Assembly (NCBI GenBank): GCA_964016885.1
Contig: OZ024740.1
Span: 129,952,001-130,016,000 of the forward strand
Reading direction: 5' to 3'
Length of the DNA stretch: 64,000 nucleotides
Origin: Eledone cirrhosa
Taxonomy: Eukaryota
This document shows positions 28,961-43,382 of the stretch, piece by piece (within the stretch, counting starts at the first letter, position 1; each line of letters starts with the position of its first letter). The translations under genes and the position numbers were made by a program. The notes beneath the pieces are model-generated. The model worked only from the letters and a program-made list of their open reading frames with translations. It ran no database searches and was not told the DNA's origin.

Positions 28961-29076
28961 GTTTAAATAGCTTGATAAATCGAACATTGTGGTAGGCAAA
29001 ATCTAACACACAATAATATACCAAAGTAACGATAGAACTAACAGGTTTAGAAAAATACAACTGGACAAATCAAACG
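28960..29076 (-). mobile_element. pLTR-like stub, family G
   Basis: The reverse complement resembles 34778-34890 (GATTTGTCCAG...TTTGGTA...TTTTGCCT...TCAAGCTAT). Confidence 0.55.
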
Positions 29077-29151
29077 ATTATACGTTTAAAGTGTTTCTTG
29101 CAAAAGGACAGAGATTCGATTTTACTACATTTCCAATTATATATATGTATG

Positions 29152-29246
<95 letters not shown>

Positions 29247-29886
29247 TGCCCCCTCGTTATCGAGTATGGCCATGGCACGATATAACATTATTAATAATTG
29301 TTAATTAATTCTATCGTGCAATGCCTGTGCGTGAAGATATTTTTTTTAAATTGAGGAAATACTATGCACTGAGCCAATATCACTCTTTGAGCGACACTAG
29401 CTATAACCCGAAAAAAGAAAAGATCAACGTAATCGGTAACTACTGAGCCGCAGGTTTTACGTCGGAGTTATCACAATTCCCTAGTTGCATTCTGTTAGCA
29501 GAATGCCCTGACAAAGTCTTGGGCTCCTTCACTCCAAGTGGTTTAACGGCGTGATCGGGTGTCCAGCCCGACTTTTTCTATGTCCCGCGCATATCCATAC
29601 ACATACACCCATGTATATACACATATACATACATATATACATATCTACACACTTTCGGATGGGCGTTGACTCTTATGAGTTCTTCCGCCCTTTGTCAGGT
29701 TTGATTTTTGTCCTTCAGGCTGTCCAAAATCACCCTCCTCACCAAGTAAATTTGGTGGAGTTGTCGGTTTAGTCGACCACGACCCGACCATGCAACAGGT
29801 TGTACTGGGTTACATGTTACCAGTAGCACTCAAGAATGACCCGACATATATATATATATTTAAACATATACATATATATATATGTG

Positions 29887-29940
<54 letters not shown>

Positions 29941-30032
29941 GTGGTGGAACACTGGAAGGTAATATCCGTAGTGGTAGAGCACCCATGGTACGAGTTAGAT
30001 AGAAGTGGTTACTCAACATTTAGTTCACCATA

Positions 30033-30071
30033 CCGAGAAATTTGTTTCACCTTAGCGGATCCTCAGCTCGG
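30033..30071 (-). ncRNA. Minimal hammerhead, intact core
   Basis: Reverse complement: CCGAG-CTGAGGA-TCC gctaa GGT-GAAA-CAAAT-TT-CTCGG. Confidence 0.65.
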
Positions 30072-30515
30072 AATGCGCATGGTTATATGAACAGGAAGGA
30101 CAACCGTACGAACACGCATGCGCAGAAACCCGTTCACTTCACACAGGCAATACTAGACTGCGTGCGGGAGGTGGTGTAAGGTAGATAACTGCGAAAGTCC
30201 GAAAGTTTTTAGGTTGAAAATAAAATTACAAAGAATCAGTCCGGAGACTTGTAGTTACGCAATAGTGATTGCATAAACACGAGAAATTAATTTTTTGCAC
30301 CGTGTCCACACGTCGCCAAAAACCTATCGCAAAACTACAAGGCTCCGGACTGATTCTTTGTAATTTTATTTTCAACCTAAAAACTTTTCGGACTTTCGCA
30401 GTTATTTCCCTTACACTTCTTGCACGCAGTCTAGTATTGCCTGTGTGAAGTGACCGGGTTTCTGCGCATGCGCGTTCGTACGGTTGTCCTTCCTGTTCCT
30501 ATAACCATGCCCATT

Positions 30516-30555
30516 CCGAGCTAAGGATCCGCTAAGGTGAAACAATTGTTCTCGG
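30516..30555 (+). ncRNA. Minimal hammerhead, G5>A
   Basis: CCGAG-CTAAGGA-TCC gctaa GGT-GAAA-CAATTG-TT-CTCGG. Confidence 0.6.
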
Positions 30556-30653
30556 TATGGTGAACTAACTGTTGTGTAACTACTTCTATATATATATATA
30601 TATATATATCCATACGTATACGCACACACACACACACATACATACACACGCAC

Positions 30654-30705
<52 letters not shown>

Positions 30706-30834
30706 AAATGTGGCGAGAAAGCACACGAGTTAGGATATATATATATATATATATGAAAACGGAGAAAGAGACGATTATCAGGAAGACAAATATTTGTTTT
30801 TTCCTTTTTTGTTTCTCTCTCTCTCTTTTCTGGG

Positions 30835-31400
30835 TTAGACAACCTACTTTCATCCAACGTACCAATAAGGAAACATATTTCATTAATAAATGTCAACCTC
30901 TACTTAATGCTCTAAAATTCTAACCAATCTACAGGTGCAACAAACAATCAAACATTTACAAGTGTTACGTACCTCACACCCTACCTAATCCTTTTTCTTA
31001 AATAAATTAAATATCCTCCAGCAAGAATTGCTTCCCCCTGCATATTAACTCTCTAAAAATGGAAATCATTTCAAACTTCAGTCCACCATTTCCCTCCATG
31101 ACGGTATCATGCATCAACTAAACACTCTTGCTATATTAACACACTTTCATCTGCTTAACTTCAATGACTTTGCTTGTAAATAAGATTATGTTTTCTTCCA
31201 CATTGACGTTTTACGTTTTACATTATGCACATTATTTTTCCTTTTTCTTTTTCTTTTCACTTCATAAACCTTGTTTGTAAATAACATTATTCTTTCTGCA
31301 CCTTCTGTTTAACATGCGCGACACCACACTAATACATTTCACTATCATTTGATAATGTATAAAAATGCTGAAACCAATAATAAACAATAATTAAATATAT
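30835..31400 (+). mobile_element. 3' end of a Neptune-like PLE
   Basis: [23 protein letters not shown] resembles the C-terminus EQMRLNKENMFIQKYRPTLNKV of the 47202-47702 ORF. A weak TTGATAA...GAAA-CCAA-TA motif lies at 31349. Confidence 0.55.
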
Positions 31401-32202
31401 AAATAGATGAATAAATGCCATTGTATCTTGAAGCATTATATATTTATGAAGTATATGTATATATGGACACTATCAGTAAGGATATGAAGAGGCAACTGAG
31501 CTTTTGTTTAGACACATGCACGTTTACAATACACTTTGACATTTTTTTAAATTACAATACAATTTACAGCTTTTTTCATATAGGTTGGTTTACAGAAAAG
31601 GTCATAATAGATATTTCACTAACCAATTTCCTATTTCAACTTTTATTTTGTTTGTGCTGGTGTTAGATATATATGTTATAAACATGTACTATATACCAGA
31701 GTAAAATATAACTTTCAAATGTCGTTGATACTCGCTTGTATTTCTCAAAATACAAGGACGTAACTTTCTGCATATTTGTTGTATTCTATGACAAAATATG
31801 GAACTAGAGCATGTGTTGTTTCGGTTTCCATTTTGTTATAAGAATTTTCCAAGCTAATGCGTTGTTATAAACTAGCAGTATTGATAGAATAGGAAAACAT
31901 AGATTCAGCCGTTGCCATAAATATAGACTATGCAGCTACTCGTTAGAAGTCTCGAATTTTACTTCAAAGAGGGACGAATATTGAAAATAAAAAATTACCT
32001 CTTGTGTAACTGTTTATATATAATGTAACAGATATCAAAGATATCTGGCACTCCAGCAAATGATGATAGTATACTTTCAAAAAGGTAGTCAACCGTACAC
32101 CAGTAGGATTCTTCTTAGTAAACATACAGTAGATAGCGGAAGACGACCGTAGCCACATTTCTATGTCTGGTTGCCATTATTTAAATGTGGATTGGCAGTA
32201 GG

Positions 32203-32390
32203 GGCGGTGGATTGGCAGTATCGGTGGAGGATCGTACCCCATGCTTTCCAGCATAGTTACGTCCCTTTACGATCTGAGTTCAAATCCCGCCAAGCTTCAC
32301 TTTGCCTTTCATCCTTACGGGGTCGATAAAATAAAATACCAGTAATGCACTGGGTAATTGCTGGCCTTGTGCCTAAAGTAGAAACAATTA
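32203..32390 (+). mobile_element. tRNA-derived SINE
   Basis: A-box-like TGGCAGTATCGG and B-box GAGTTCAAATCCC. Central GCCTTTCATCCTTACGGGGTCGATAAAAT. TTATTTAAATG is duplicated in the flanks. Confidence 0.85.
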
Positions 32391-33970
32391 TTTAAATGCA
32401 GCTATTCTTGGCAGAAATAGAAAGAGATAGAAAAAGATAGATAAACATTGACACATATATTTTATTTTACAGAGTGGAAAATGGAGTAGGATGTATATGA
32501 ATTGTAGTTGAAAATGTATTCCTGCAGATCGTCTCTAATACACCATATATCTATCAAAACAATCTTAGTCGACATTATAAAATAGTATATCTATCCGCCC
32601 ACCTAGCATTTAACAATCTCCTTGGGTAATTAATAACTGTACGTGTCTGTTCAATTAATGTAGAAATCGATGTGATGTTTAGTATCATAAGGTTTGACAA
32701 ACTGTATGCATGTTACGTAAATTTTGTAGCCAAACAATGTATGATGCTGATGTCAAACACTATAGGACGTACAACTATTGCATAGACATCTAATCCCAAT
32801 AAATAACGAAGTAACGTATACACACGCACCCGATCAAAGGTCAGTTGAGTTGATGGAGTAACTGGCTGTAAAATAATGCACTGATGTTACCAATCAAAAC
32901 GTTACTTGCAAGAAATTATATGCCGCTAATGCGTTTGAAATTCCTAGCAATTAAATGTTAGTTTCTTACCACATATTTTCCATTACTGTTTAGAAATGAG
33001 CCGGAATCTCTCATTAAATGAAGTGAAGTATTAATGTCGCTTGAACTTCAATATTTACTGTAACATTACGACTATATATTCACTCTTCAATTAGACCACT
33101 ACGGATGTAATCAAACTATTTTTAAGCACAGTTGCATCGTTTCAATGACACTACTAGCAGTATTATCGAAAATAACATTCTATATAATCATCAAACGAAT
33201 TAATGACATATATAGACACTATAGAGCATAATTACATCGTTACTGGGGGATTTTGTGACGCCAAGGGGGAAAGGAAGGTCCAGAAGTCATTGCTCATAAA
33301 TAAAACTATTTTACAAAGGTTACTAACAGTAATATATAATTGACAATTACGTATGTTTCAAGTTGTAACAAAATAACACATAATAACTAACTAACAGATG
33401 CAAGGAAAAGATTCACACATATAAACATATGCCCCCCCCCCCCCCCCCCCCCCTCCACACACACACACACAGGCACACATGTACATTCTTTATATTATTA
33501 ATCTATTCGGATTCTCTTTCCCGAATCAAATCAAGATAATGTAGTAAATATTAGAATGATACAAAAAGGTATACTAAACATAGAAGTGTTTTAGTATGGT
33601 TGTTTTAAGATTTGATCATGGCAGACATATCGAAATAGCCTTGGGAGCAGATCAGACGTGTGTTTCTTGTAGGAATTCATCTTCAGAGTTAGCATACTAA
33701 GACAGTAGTTTACTGTATATAGCAATTCTAATTTCCATGAATGATAAATGTGTTTTCCTCTAATACTGTCTGAATAACTTTGTTTGAAAAGTCATTTTCT
33801 ATATCGCTATGGCTTTCTACCTATTATATAATTGAGACTAGGTCGAGTTGACGTGGTATTTTAGTGTAATGATTGTGTACTTCGAAGCCTGTTAAAATAC
33901 TGTTCTCTGTCATTAACGAAACCCATGTTATATCTTAGGATCTTTGGACAAAAATATTTATTATGTATAA

Positions 33971-34030
33971 TGGTGGTGCCCCAGCATGGCTTCAGACGGA
34001 TGGCAGGAACAGGTAAAAGAGTAAAAGACG
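33971..34030 (+). mobile_element. Probable SINE 3' tail fragment
   Basis: TGGTGGTGCCCCAGCATGG...GTAAAAGAGTAAAAGA, recognised from memory of cephalopod repeats only. Confidence 0.4.
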
Positions 34031-34476
34031 ATATAAAAAGTTCCTGCCCATGTGATGGGGAATAGGATTTTAAGGGAGCTGGTTTCAGTTAAATATGGGA
34101 TTATGATCTCTACCTGTACACATAGGCCTTTTTTTGTCTTTAATTGCGTCCAAACTTTTCGAAATTTTATGAAACGTTGCTAATCTATAGAGGCTAACTT
34201 GCCTAACATAAATAATACATTAACAATCACTTTATTTATCGGCATACGAATCTGTATTGTGTTTAATTAATGATTTTAGTTGATTAAAGTTGTTTTGTTC
34301 AGATTTCTTGTTTCTTAATTGTGGTAATTTTAATCAGTATGTTGTTCTTGTCCTATCTTAACAATATCATTATTGGAACTGTAAAAAATATGTATACACA
34401 ATATGCTGATATAATATGAGAATGTATGTTAGCGTATTATTGTGTGTGTCTGTTACCTCACTGATTTCCTAGTACA

Positions 34477-34562
<86 letters not shown>

Positions 34563-34564
<2 letters not shown>

Positions 34565-35000
34565 CCCGCCAAAAACCAGGGTTACTTCCCTTGTTGGAAA
34601 TACACGTGACAACGAATTGACTGAAGGCTGTCTATTGTAGCGGTCGCATCGAGTTACAGTTCAAACCGGTTTGAGGCCTAGAACGAAATACCTGTCGATG
34701 AAGTGAATCCTCGTGTTACGTAAATTGGATTGATGAATACGGATTGATAGAAACATATCGGCCGTATTGCAGAATATCGTTCGATTTGTCCAGGTTTGTT
34801 GTCTAACCTGATTAGATTATTCGTTGTTTTGGTATTGTATGGTTGGGTTTTGCCTGCGGCAATTTTAAATTTTTCAAGCTATCTAAATGTAATTTATTAC
34901 TCTCAGGACCTACTCTTATTGAGTGCGTTACTACTAATTCCTAATTGTAGGTCGACTTTGCTTGGCCGCAGACAAGTCTTCTGTTTTACAAATTTCCACT

Positions 35001-35002
<2 letters not shown>
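34563..35002 (+). mobile_element. pLTR-like island, family G, with degenerate hammerhead (34690-34795)
   Basis: ACCTG-TCGATGA-..AATCC..GGATT..-GAAAC-ATATCG...CGATTT-GTC-CAGGT. (TA)n on both sides. Confidence 0.55.
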
Positions 35003-35055
<53 letters not shown>

Positions 35056-35057
<2 letters not shown>

Positions 35058-35376
35058 CCAAAATTAAAAAGGTTCGTTGATTATTCAACGAATACAATTT
35101 TACAATAGATTAGAAGCACTCGACAGTGATGTTTCTGGAGTATTTAATACTATTTAAAATTTTAATAAATGACAAATATTCAGTACGTCTCCATGAGATA
35201 AAATATAGGAATTGAATGATCATAACCGTAGCCGTATGTCACATATAAAATATCTCATATATTTTATCTGATGAAAACGTACTGAAACACGATTGTACTT
35301 TGAAATATGTATAATAAAATATATATTTTGATTGAGAGAATATTTTTCATTTATTAATATTTTGAATAATATTTCT
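35056..35376. mobile_element. Inverted pLTR stub related to family D, in (TA)n
   Basis: 35150-35208 is an inverted, internally deleted copy of 35258-35372. The left extension resembles the family D extension. Confidence 0.65.
35257..35324 (+). ncRNA. Type-I hammerhead, intact core
   Basis: ATATATTTTAT-CTGATGA-AAA(C)GTAC...GTACTTT-GAAA-TATGTA-TA-ATAAAATATAT, with a perfect 11-bp stem I. Confidence 0.8.
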
Positions 35377-35664
35377 ATATATATATATATATATGTGTGT
35401 GTGAGTGTGTGTAGAATAAAAGAGAAAACACATGTAAGCATTAAAAAAAGGAATATATCCAGGTATTTACGAGCGTTTCATTGGTAAGTGCAACCTTATA
35501 TCGCTATACTGCAAATAGCAGCCACTCAATAATAATTGTTGTTCAGCTCCAAATTTTCAAAATAATGAATATTTTTCAGTTACCCCTAACCGTACGTTGA
35601 AACCGTCCATGAAACTGGCTATCTTAACCAAGAACTGTATTACAATAAACAGTTTTCTGCTTCC

Positions 35665-35710
<46 letters not shown>

Positions 35711-36035
35711 GTGTGTGTGTGTGTGTGTGTGTCTGTGTGTGTATGTATATATGTGTGTGTGTATGTGTGTGTGTGTGTGTATGTGCGTGTGTGTGTGTGT
35801 ATGTGTGTGTATGTGTGTGTGTGTGTGAATGTGCCATCGAGGTACCATTGTCCATTAATACAATATTGCATATTTATTTTACTTCGGTAACTTCGGTAAT
35901 CATGTATGAAAGAAATAGTATTGCTCTGTGTACAATCGCCTAAAAAAGCTAAACTTCCTCTACGCACTTGTTCATTCCATATCAAATGAATTCGTAGTAA
36001 AGTTAGATGCGTTGAGTTATATTATATAGTTTAAA

Positions 36036-36219
36036 GGCGGTGGATTGGTAGTATCGGTAGAGGGTCGGACGCCATGCTTTCCAGCATAGTTACATCCCTT
36101 TACGATCTGAGTTCAAATCCCGCCGAGGTTGACTTTGCCTTTCATCCTTACGGTGTCGATAAAATAAAGTACCAGTAAGGCACTGGGTAATTGCTGGCCT
36201 TGTGCCTAAAGTAGAAACA
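36036..36219 (+). mobile_element. Full-length tRNA-derived SINE with 15-bp TSD
   Basis: A and B boxes present. ATTATATAGTTTAAA occurs at 36021-36035 and 36220-36234. Confidence 0.9.
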
Positions 36220-36596
36220 ATTATATAGTTTAAACGCGAAATGAATCGGGCAATTATTGTCAGTCAAATATTCATCTGCTCGGAACTGTATATCTCGATG
36301 CGCTCTTATACTATAGTGGTGCAAATGACTGAGATCGTAGTGTCACTGGTTGGATTATGTATTCGATAACTAGCCGTGATTGACGCTCTTTGTGATGCTG
36401 ATGTGAGTGTGTTTGTCTAATCCATGAATCACCAGGTTGTGGGGGCACAAAATTATTGACCACCAGGTAGACCCCTAGCAAGATGGCTAGATAACATATA
36501 TGAGATTGGCTGGTCTCTCGTGGGCATCCAGCTGGATCAGTTGGAGTGTGTTGTTTCTGACTGGATCCGCCACAAGCCATTCAGGAATAAGTGGGC

Positions 36597-36643
<47 letters not shown>

Positions 36644-36875
36644 CAACCAGAGTTAGTTTACCACACCATAACAATTGTTTCCTATACTCACGTTGATGAG
36701 ACACAAGATTGTATAGGACACGATGATATTGAGAGCGCTCTCAGGGTAGTAAGCCAAATTCGCACGTATATATGTATATGTATATATAAAAATAAATATA
36801 TATATATATATATAAAATATTAAAAAAAATAATGAATAAAACAATGAAACAGTTCCTTATATTAAACAAAAAAAG

Positions 36876-37029
36876 TTCATTATTTAACGATCGTTTCTAG
36901 GATATATATGTGTTAGAATTGGCATGCATATTCAACAGATCTATGTACAAAATTATACAAAATTATACAAACTATCAAAATTAAATATACATACCAACAC
37001 ATATATATGCCGTCTTCAGAAATAATGAA
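36876..37029 (-). ncRNA. Type-I hammerhead with 115-nt stem II, intact core
   Basis: Reverse complement of 42990-43143, in the same sense as the ORF. Confidence 0.75.
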
Positions 37030-37606
37030 ATATATTTATTGATAATAACAACAATTCAAAATTACATGTCTGTTTGGGAACAGAGTTCAAATTGACCAAT
37101 GAAAATACAAAAAGTTTATACAGTTAGGTGTGTGTATATATGTAATTAACTTCGTTCACAGATATGCATAAAGATATATGTTCACATGCATACGCATGCC
37201 AAAAAGATGTATGTAAATACAAAAATTCAAGGCTAATGTCTCTGTATGTCTATAATCTACAGATAAAATACGTATAAAAACAAATATACACACACATTCA
37301 TATACTCACACGTATACGTACATTCACACACACACGCGCGTATACGCATAAACATACACACAACCACGAACAAACATACACACACACACCCCCACACACA
37401 TATATATGTGTATATACTATTATCATAAGCATATGGACATTAATGCGCGCACATAAACACTGCCACACATATTTAGATCCAGATACAGAAAGTAGGTGGG
37501 GGGGGAGAGGTCAGTATTTAGCGGTGTCAGCAAGCTGCCTATTTATAAATGTATCTATAAATTTAGAAATAAAAATAAAATAAAAATAAAAAAGAAATAT
37601 ATCAAG

Positions 37607-37673
<67 letters not shown>

Positions 37674-38066
37674 AGTAAAATATAAAATATACATCGATAT
37701 ACATACATATACACATATATATATATATATACATATATACATATACATACACATATACATAAACACATACATACACATATACACACCATATAAATACGCA
37801 TACACATACACACACGCATACATATAGAGACACATACATATACACATATAAATACATAGACATATACACACATACAGACATATATATATATATACACACA
37901 TACACGCATACATATATATATATATATACATACATTCACAACACACATACATATATATATATATAAAAAGGATCGATCGACTTTCGTCAAATCGGACCGA
38001 GGAAACAATGTTTCCGTTGGTCTTTCCAGTTGCTAGTACTATCTATCGGTCGCAACTCCAGGTAGA

Positions 38067-38179
38067 AGGAGCAACGTGAAATAAAGTGTCTTGCTCAAGG
38101 ACATAACGCATCACCCGGTTCAATAATCGAACTCACAACCTCGTGAATCCAATCCTCTAACCATTCAGCCACACGCCTT

Positions 38180-38180
<1 letters not shown>
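38067..38180 (-). mobile_element. tRNA-derived SINE 5' part (CORE-like)
   Basis: Reverse complement: GGCGTGTGGCTGAATGGTTAGAG...GAGTTCGATT...TGTCCTTGAGCAAGACACTTTATTTCACGTTGCTC. Confidence 0.75.
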
Positions 38181-38257
<77 letters not shown>

Positions 38258-38322
38258 TACACATATCTAGACACATATATAAACACACTCATGTATATAC
38301 ACACATACACATACATACCCAC

Positions 38323-38415
<93 letters not shown>

Positions 38416-38499
38416 TATATATATATACACACACATACATACACACACATACACATACACATATATAAAGATATATATACACACATACACATACATACA

Positions 38500-38546
<47 letters not shown>

Positions 38547-38784
38547 TACTCACACACACATACACACATACATATACGCATATATACACATACATACACA
38601 TCCATGTATGCGTATATACATACAAACACCACCACACGCTCACACAACTCAGACATACATAAATAAAGGGATATACATACACATATATACAAATATAAAT
38701 AGAGATACATATACACTTATAAATATATACACACGTACACACGCAAACACACATACATATATATACACACACATACACATATAC

Positions 38785-38815
<31 letters not shown>

Positions 38816-39060
38816 CATATATATACACATATATACACATATACATACATACACATACACATATATATACATATATATAAAAAAATAAAGAAATAAAATA
38901 AATAAATAAATAAATAAATTAATACACTCAGTCAGCCAAATATGCACACACATACACATACATATATATATATACACATACACACACATATATATACACA
39001 TATACATATATACATATATACACATACATACATATATATATACACATACACACATCAACT

Positions 39061-39097
<37 letters not shown>

Positions 39098-39302
39098 TAT
39101 ACATATATACACATACATATATATATATATACACACACTCACATATACATGCGCACATACGCACATATATACACATACACAGATATACACATAGACATAT
39201 ACATGTGCATACATATACATACACTCATATACCCACATAAATACATAGATACATATATATATACAGATACACATACTCACACATATATATATACACACAC
39301 AC

Positions 39303-39476
39303 ATATCTGTATTATTTTTGACCGCCGGTCAGTCAATGGCAACATTGAGGACCGAGTAAGTTAGATCGCAGATATATATATATAAAAGACAGCGAGAAGC
39401 GAAAACCAACCAAACAGTGAGTGTGTTCTGTTATTAATTCTGGCAATATTACGCAAATATGACCCTCCCCAAATAT

Positions 39477-39482
<6 letters not shown>
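39303..39482 (+). mobile_element. Family B pLTR 3' stub nested in the family E tail
   Basis: Matches 21810-21978. Confidence 0.8.
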
Positions 39483-39529
<47 letters not shown>

Positions 39530-39799
39530 ATCATACACCCTTATTTACATGCGCACATATGTATTTTTATACTCACATACAAACACCCAAACATACATAC
39601 CTACATATACATACATACATCCACTTTTACAAATACAAATAATAATAGTAGGGGGGAAGGGGGGTGGGAGGGGATTATAGTAAATATAGGTTTCAAGAAA
39701 CATAGAATATTAATCTGCATTTAGATCATAATATGCGTTTACATAGTAGTTCAGTATTAGGAAATGTAAGAAAGAAGGCAAAATTATGCATTTCAATAT

Positions 39800-40710
39800 A
39801 AGTATACCATTAATTATAGGTTAACTAAATTAAAGATAGTTAATATATTGATTTCTAAGGTGTATACTACTTAGGTTTATAATATTTGAAGCGGAATTTT
39901 GAAGTTAAATAGTAGTAGAGTATTAATTATAGTATAACTAAATTAAAATTATTAACGTTATGGTATCAATATTAGGATATGAATTTAGTAATAGAGAAAA
40001 AACAAATAAAGTATTACATCGGTAGTAGAATATAAATTATAGGTTAACTAAATTAAAAAATATATATTAATTTCTATAGTATATGTTAATTAGGTTTATA
40101 ATAATTAAAACAGATATTGTATTTTATCCATAGTAGAATATAATTATAGTTAAACAGAAATTAAAATTAATACATACACACATACATATACATATATATA
40201 TACATATATATATATATATGTACACACATATACACATACATATACATATTTTTTCAAAAATTGCAAAGAATATATTAACTAGGTATACACCCAAAACCTA
40301 TCTCAGTCTATGATTACATGACACTCTGCAATCCATCTGTATTAGGATATTAATTTTAAGCCAATTAAATTAAGTTTTTAGGTTAACCAAATTTAAAACC
40401 AAATTATAAATATATTTCTAAAATGTACATTAATTAGGTCTATAATACTAAAAATTATTTCTCTGTCATTGAATACACGATATTTTGTTATATTTTATCT
40501 GTAAAGGAATTATAATAAAAGGTTAAATAAATTAAAATTAATCTATAAATTAATTTACGAAGTATATATTAGTAATATTTAAAAGTTTTTCACAATTTAT
40601 GATTACACAATATTTTATAATCTCATCTGTAGTAGAATTTTAATTAAATTAAATTTATAGGTTAACTAACATTTAAATTAAAATATATATTAATTTCTAG
40701 AATAATGTTA
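39800..40710. repeat. Degenerate AT-rich tandem repeat in the PLE 3' region
   Basis: TTATAGGTTAACTAAATTAAA-like units at about 39814, 39927, 40037, 40144, 40377 and 40655. Confidence 0.6.
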
Positions 40711-42550
40711 TTAATTAGGTTTATAATATTTAAATGTTTTTCTTAGTTTATGATTACACGATTTAGTTAATTCCTGTCGTTTATTTAATAGGATATCCTT
40801 AGATTTCATTATTTCAAATAGTTCTTGGGAACATAATCTACATTCATTTCTATTATTTTGATAAGGGGTGGCTCTTTTGAGCACACTCCAGGTCATATCA
40901 TATTCTATATTCTTATTTTTATAACTATTGATTTTTTTCTGCTAGAGATGTTGTATTAGCCAGTGCGGCATTTTTAAAACTATGTTTGTGGGTATTAAAC
41001 CTTGCCTTAAAATTGTTAGAAGTAGCTCCTATATATGAACAAATAGAATCTTTAGTTTTAACATTACATTTATAAACTATGTTGTTAACAAGACAATTTC
41101 CTTTTAATGGGCAGTTTGCTTTGTTTCTACAGTTACAACCTTTCGTTAATTCTGTATTTGAGGAGATATTATGGTTAGTTTGATGTATTGGTGGTATACT
41201 TATGGTATTCTTACATTTATATGCATTATAGGCACTTATATTTTGTTTTATGTTATTTGTTGTTGAGTATGAGAATTTAACTGTAGACCTATTTAAGATT
41301 TGATGGTATTTGTGGTTTGGCGGGAAGTTTTTCTCTCGGATATAAACACATTTTTTAGCAATATTATCCTTAATTTGTAAATTAAATGGAGCATTATACC
41401 AAGTAACCCGTCTATTACGGTTTCTATGTTGTTTATTATTTTTATAGGTTGTATCGTGATGTTTACTAGGAGGATTAATGTTAATGATCTCACCACGCAC
41501 ATTTTTAGTTAGATTTGTAGATTTAGGTGTTTTATCTTGTTTATTAGGAGTTTTATTATTAACATTTATTAGAGTTGTATGATGAGTAGTTTTTTGAGAG
41601 TTACTATACTTTATATTAGAAGAGTTGTTGGTATTTTGGGGTATAGTGTGGGTGGCATTTAGGTGTGTACTTTTCATTTGGTGTTTGTTGGTAATATTAG
41701 GTTGTATGTTTATAGTATTTTTAGTAGAAGGTATATATTCTAATCTATTTTTGTGGCCACTTCTATCTAGAGCTTCGTTATAGAAGGTCGCATTTTTATC
41801 AAATACATCTTGGTTAGAAGAAAGGTTAGAAATTCTAAGTGATATATTATATGCAAGGTTTTTAAGGATAGATTTAGGGTGATTAGATTGTGAGTGTATG
41901 TAGTGTAAGTTTTGGTTGGGTTTATGGTAAGGTTGGTAGATACCCGTAGCTAAGTCTAAAGTTATATCTAGGAAATTTACTACTTTACTTGTTTTTTCAA
42001 AAGTAATATGAAGACTATAATAGTCTTTAAGGAAAGTTCTAATATGCTTTTTGTTTTTTTCTATTTCTGAAATGCTAAGGTTGTTGGAAAGAAGAAGACA
42101 GTCATCACGATATAAACCACCTTTAAGGTGGGGAAAGGAGGCATGTATGTTGAAAAGGAGAAAGAGGCCCACAAGATCAGTAATTTGGGCGGAATCGCTT
42201 GAACCCATAGTAATATCAAATAGATTACTATATGTGTTTCTGGTCCAGTATTCATTCTGAAATTCAATAAGTGTTAGTCTAGCATGTGTAATAATATTAA
42301 TGTCATCCAAAGTTAAGTTAGATCTATTTTTAGCAAATATCAATGCTTTGTTCAGGAGTATAGGTGATATAGAAGAATAGTAATTATCTATATCAAATTG
42401 TAGAAATGAAGCAGACGATTTACATCTAATATTTTTAAACCAGTTAATTACCTGGGAAGTGTTTTCCCAGAGTGGTAAAATAACGTGTTTTCTTATTTGT
42501 GGGATGACTCTATCCAAAATTTTTTTGCTAATTATTCCAATATCAGATTT
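40711..42550 (-). pseudogene. Naiad-like PLE RT + GIY-YIG (5'-truncated, one frameshift near 40930)
   Basis: Motifs QFDIDNYYSSI, TMGSSDSAQITDLVG, GLYRDD, VNFLD, SNHP, linker CNCRNKANCPLKGNCL, IVYKC..SYIGAT..FKARF..H and CRLCSQE. Confidence 0.92.
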
Positions 42551-42989
42551 GTGCGGCAGTGTTTATGTGCGCGCATTAATGTCCATATGCTTATGATAAT
42601 AGTATATACACATATATATGTGTGTGGGGGTGTGGGGGTGTATGTATGTTCGTGGTTGTGTGTATGTTTATGCGTATACGCGCGTGTGTGTGTGAATGTA
42701 CGTATACGTGTGAGTATATGAATGTGTGTGTATATTTGTTTTTATACGTATTTTATCTGTAGATTATAGACATACAGAGACATTAGCCTTGAATTTTTGT
42801 ATTTACATACATCTTTTTGGCATGCGTATGCATGTGAACATATATCTGTATGCATATCTGTGAACGAAGTTAATTACATATATACACACACCTAACTGTA
42901 TAAACTTTTTGTATTTTCATTGGTCAATTTGAACTCTGTTCCCAAACAGACATGTAATTTTGAATTGTTGTTATTATCAATAAATATAT

Positions 42990-43143
42990 TTCATTATTTC
43001 TGAAGACGGCATATATATGTGTTGGTATGTATATTTAATTTTGATAGTTTGTATAATTTTGTATAATTTTGTACATAGATCTGTTGAATATGCATGCCAA
43101 TTCTAACACATATATATCCTAGAAACGATCGTTAAATAATGAA
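42990..43143 (+). ncRNA. Type-I hammerhead with 115-nt stem II, intact core
   Basis: TTCATTATTT-CTGAAGA-CGGCATATATATGTGTTGG...CTAACACATATATATCCTA-GAAA-CGATCG-TT-AAATAATGAA. Confidence 0.75.
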
Positions 43144-43337
43144 CTTTTTTTGTTTAATATAAGGAACTGTTTCATTGTTTTATTCATTATTTGTTTAATA
43201 TTTTATCTTGACTCTGTATTCCGTTTATCTTTCACCGAAAGTGATATTTCATTGCATCTCTTCTTTCCATGATATCCGGATTACATTGAGTTCTTCATAC
43301 GGATTGGACACTACCGTAAACTCTTGGTAGATTTATC

Positions 43338-43382
<45 letters not shown>

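Larger units (their letters stand above)
29941..30589. mobile_element. ORF-less palindromic pLTR insertion, family C, in (TA)n
   Basis: Arms about 29999-30265 / 30324-30589, plus a left extension of about 58 nt. Confidence 0.85.
37610..39530. repeat. Compound (TA)n/(CA)n/(TACA)n microsatellite block with nested inserts
   Basis: Direct inspection. Confidence 0.95.
36815..43345 (-). mobile_element. 5'-truncated Naiad-like PLE with inverted pLTR (family E)
   Basis: Near-identical inverted arms about 36815-37470 / 42548-43205, plus a 140-nt extension to 43345. The RT/GIY-YIG ORF lies inside, and (TA)n flanks both ends. Confidence 0.85.

Noticed and set aside
35463-35483. 21-nt microexon (cag|GTATTTACGAGCGTTTCATTG|gtaagt)
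   Set aside because: The polypyrimidine tract is poor, and such a match is expected by chance in 64 kb.
32203-38180. tRNA genes
   Set aside because: The A/B boxes belong to SINE heads with shared downstream bodies and TSDs. No complete cloverleaf was found.
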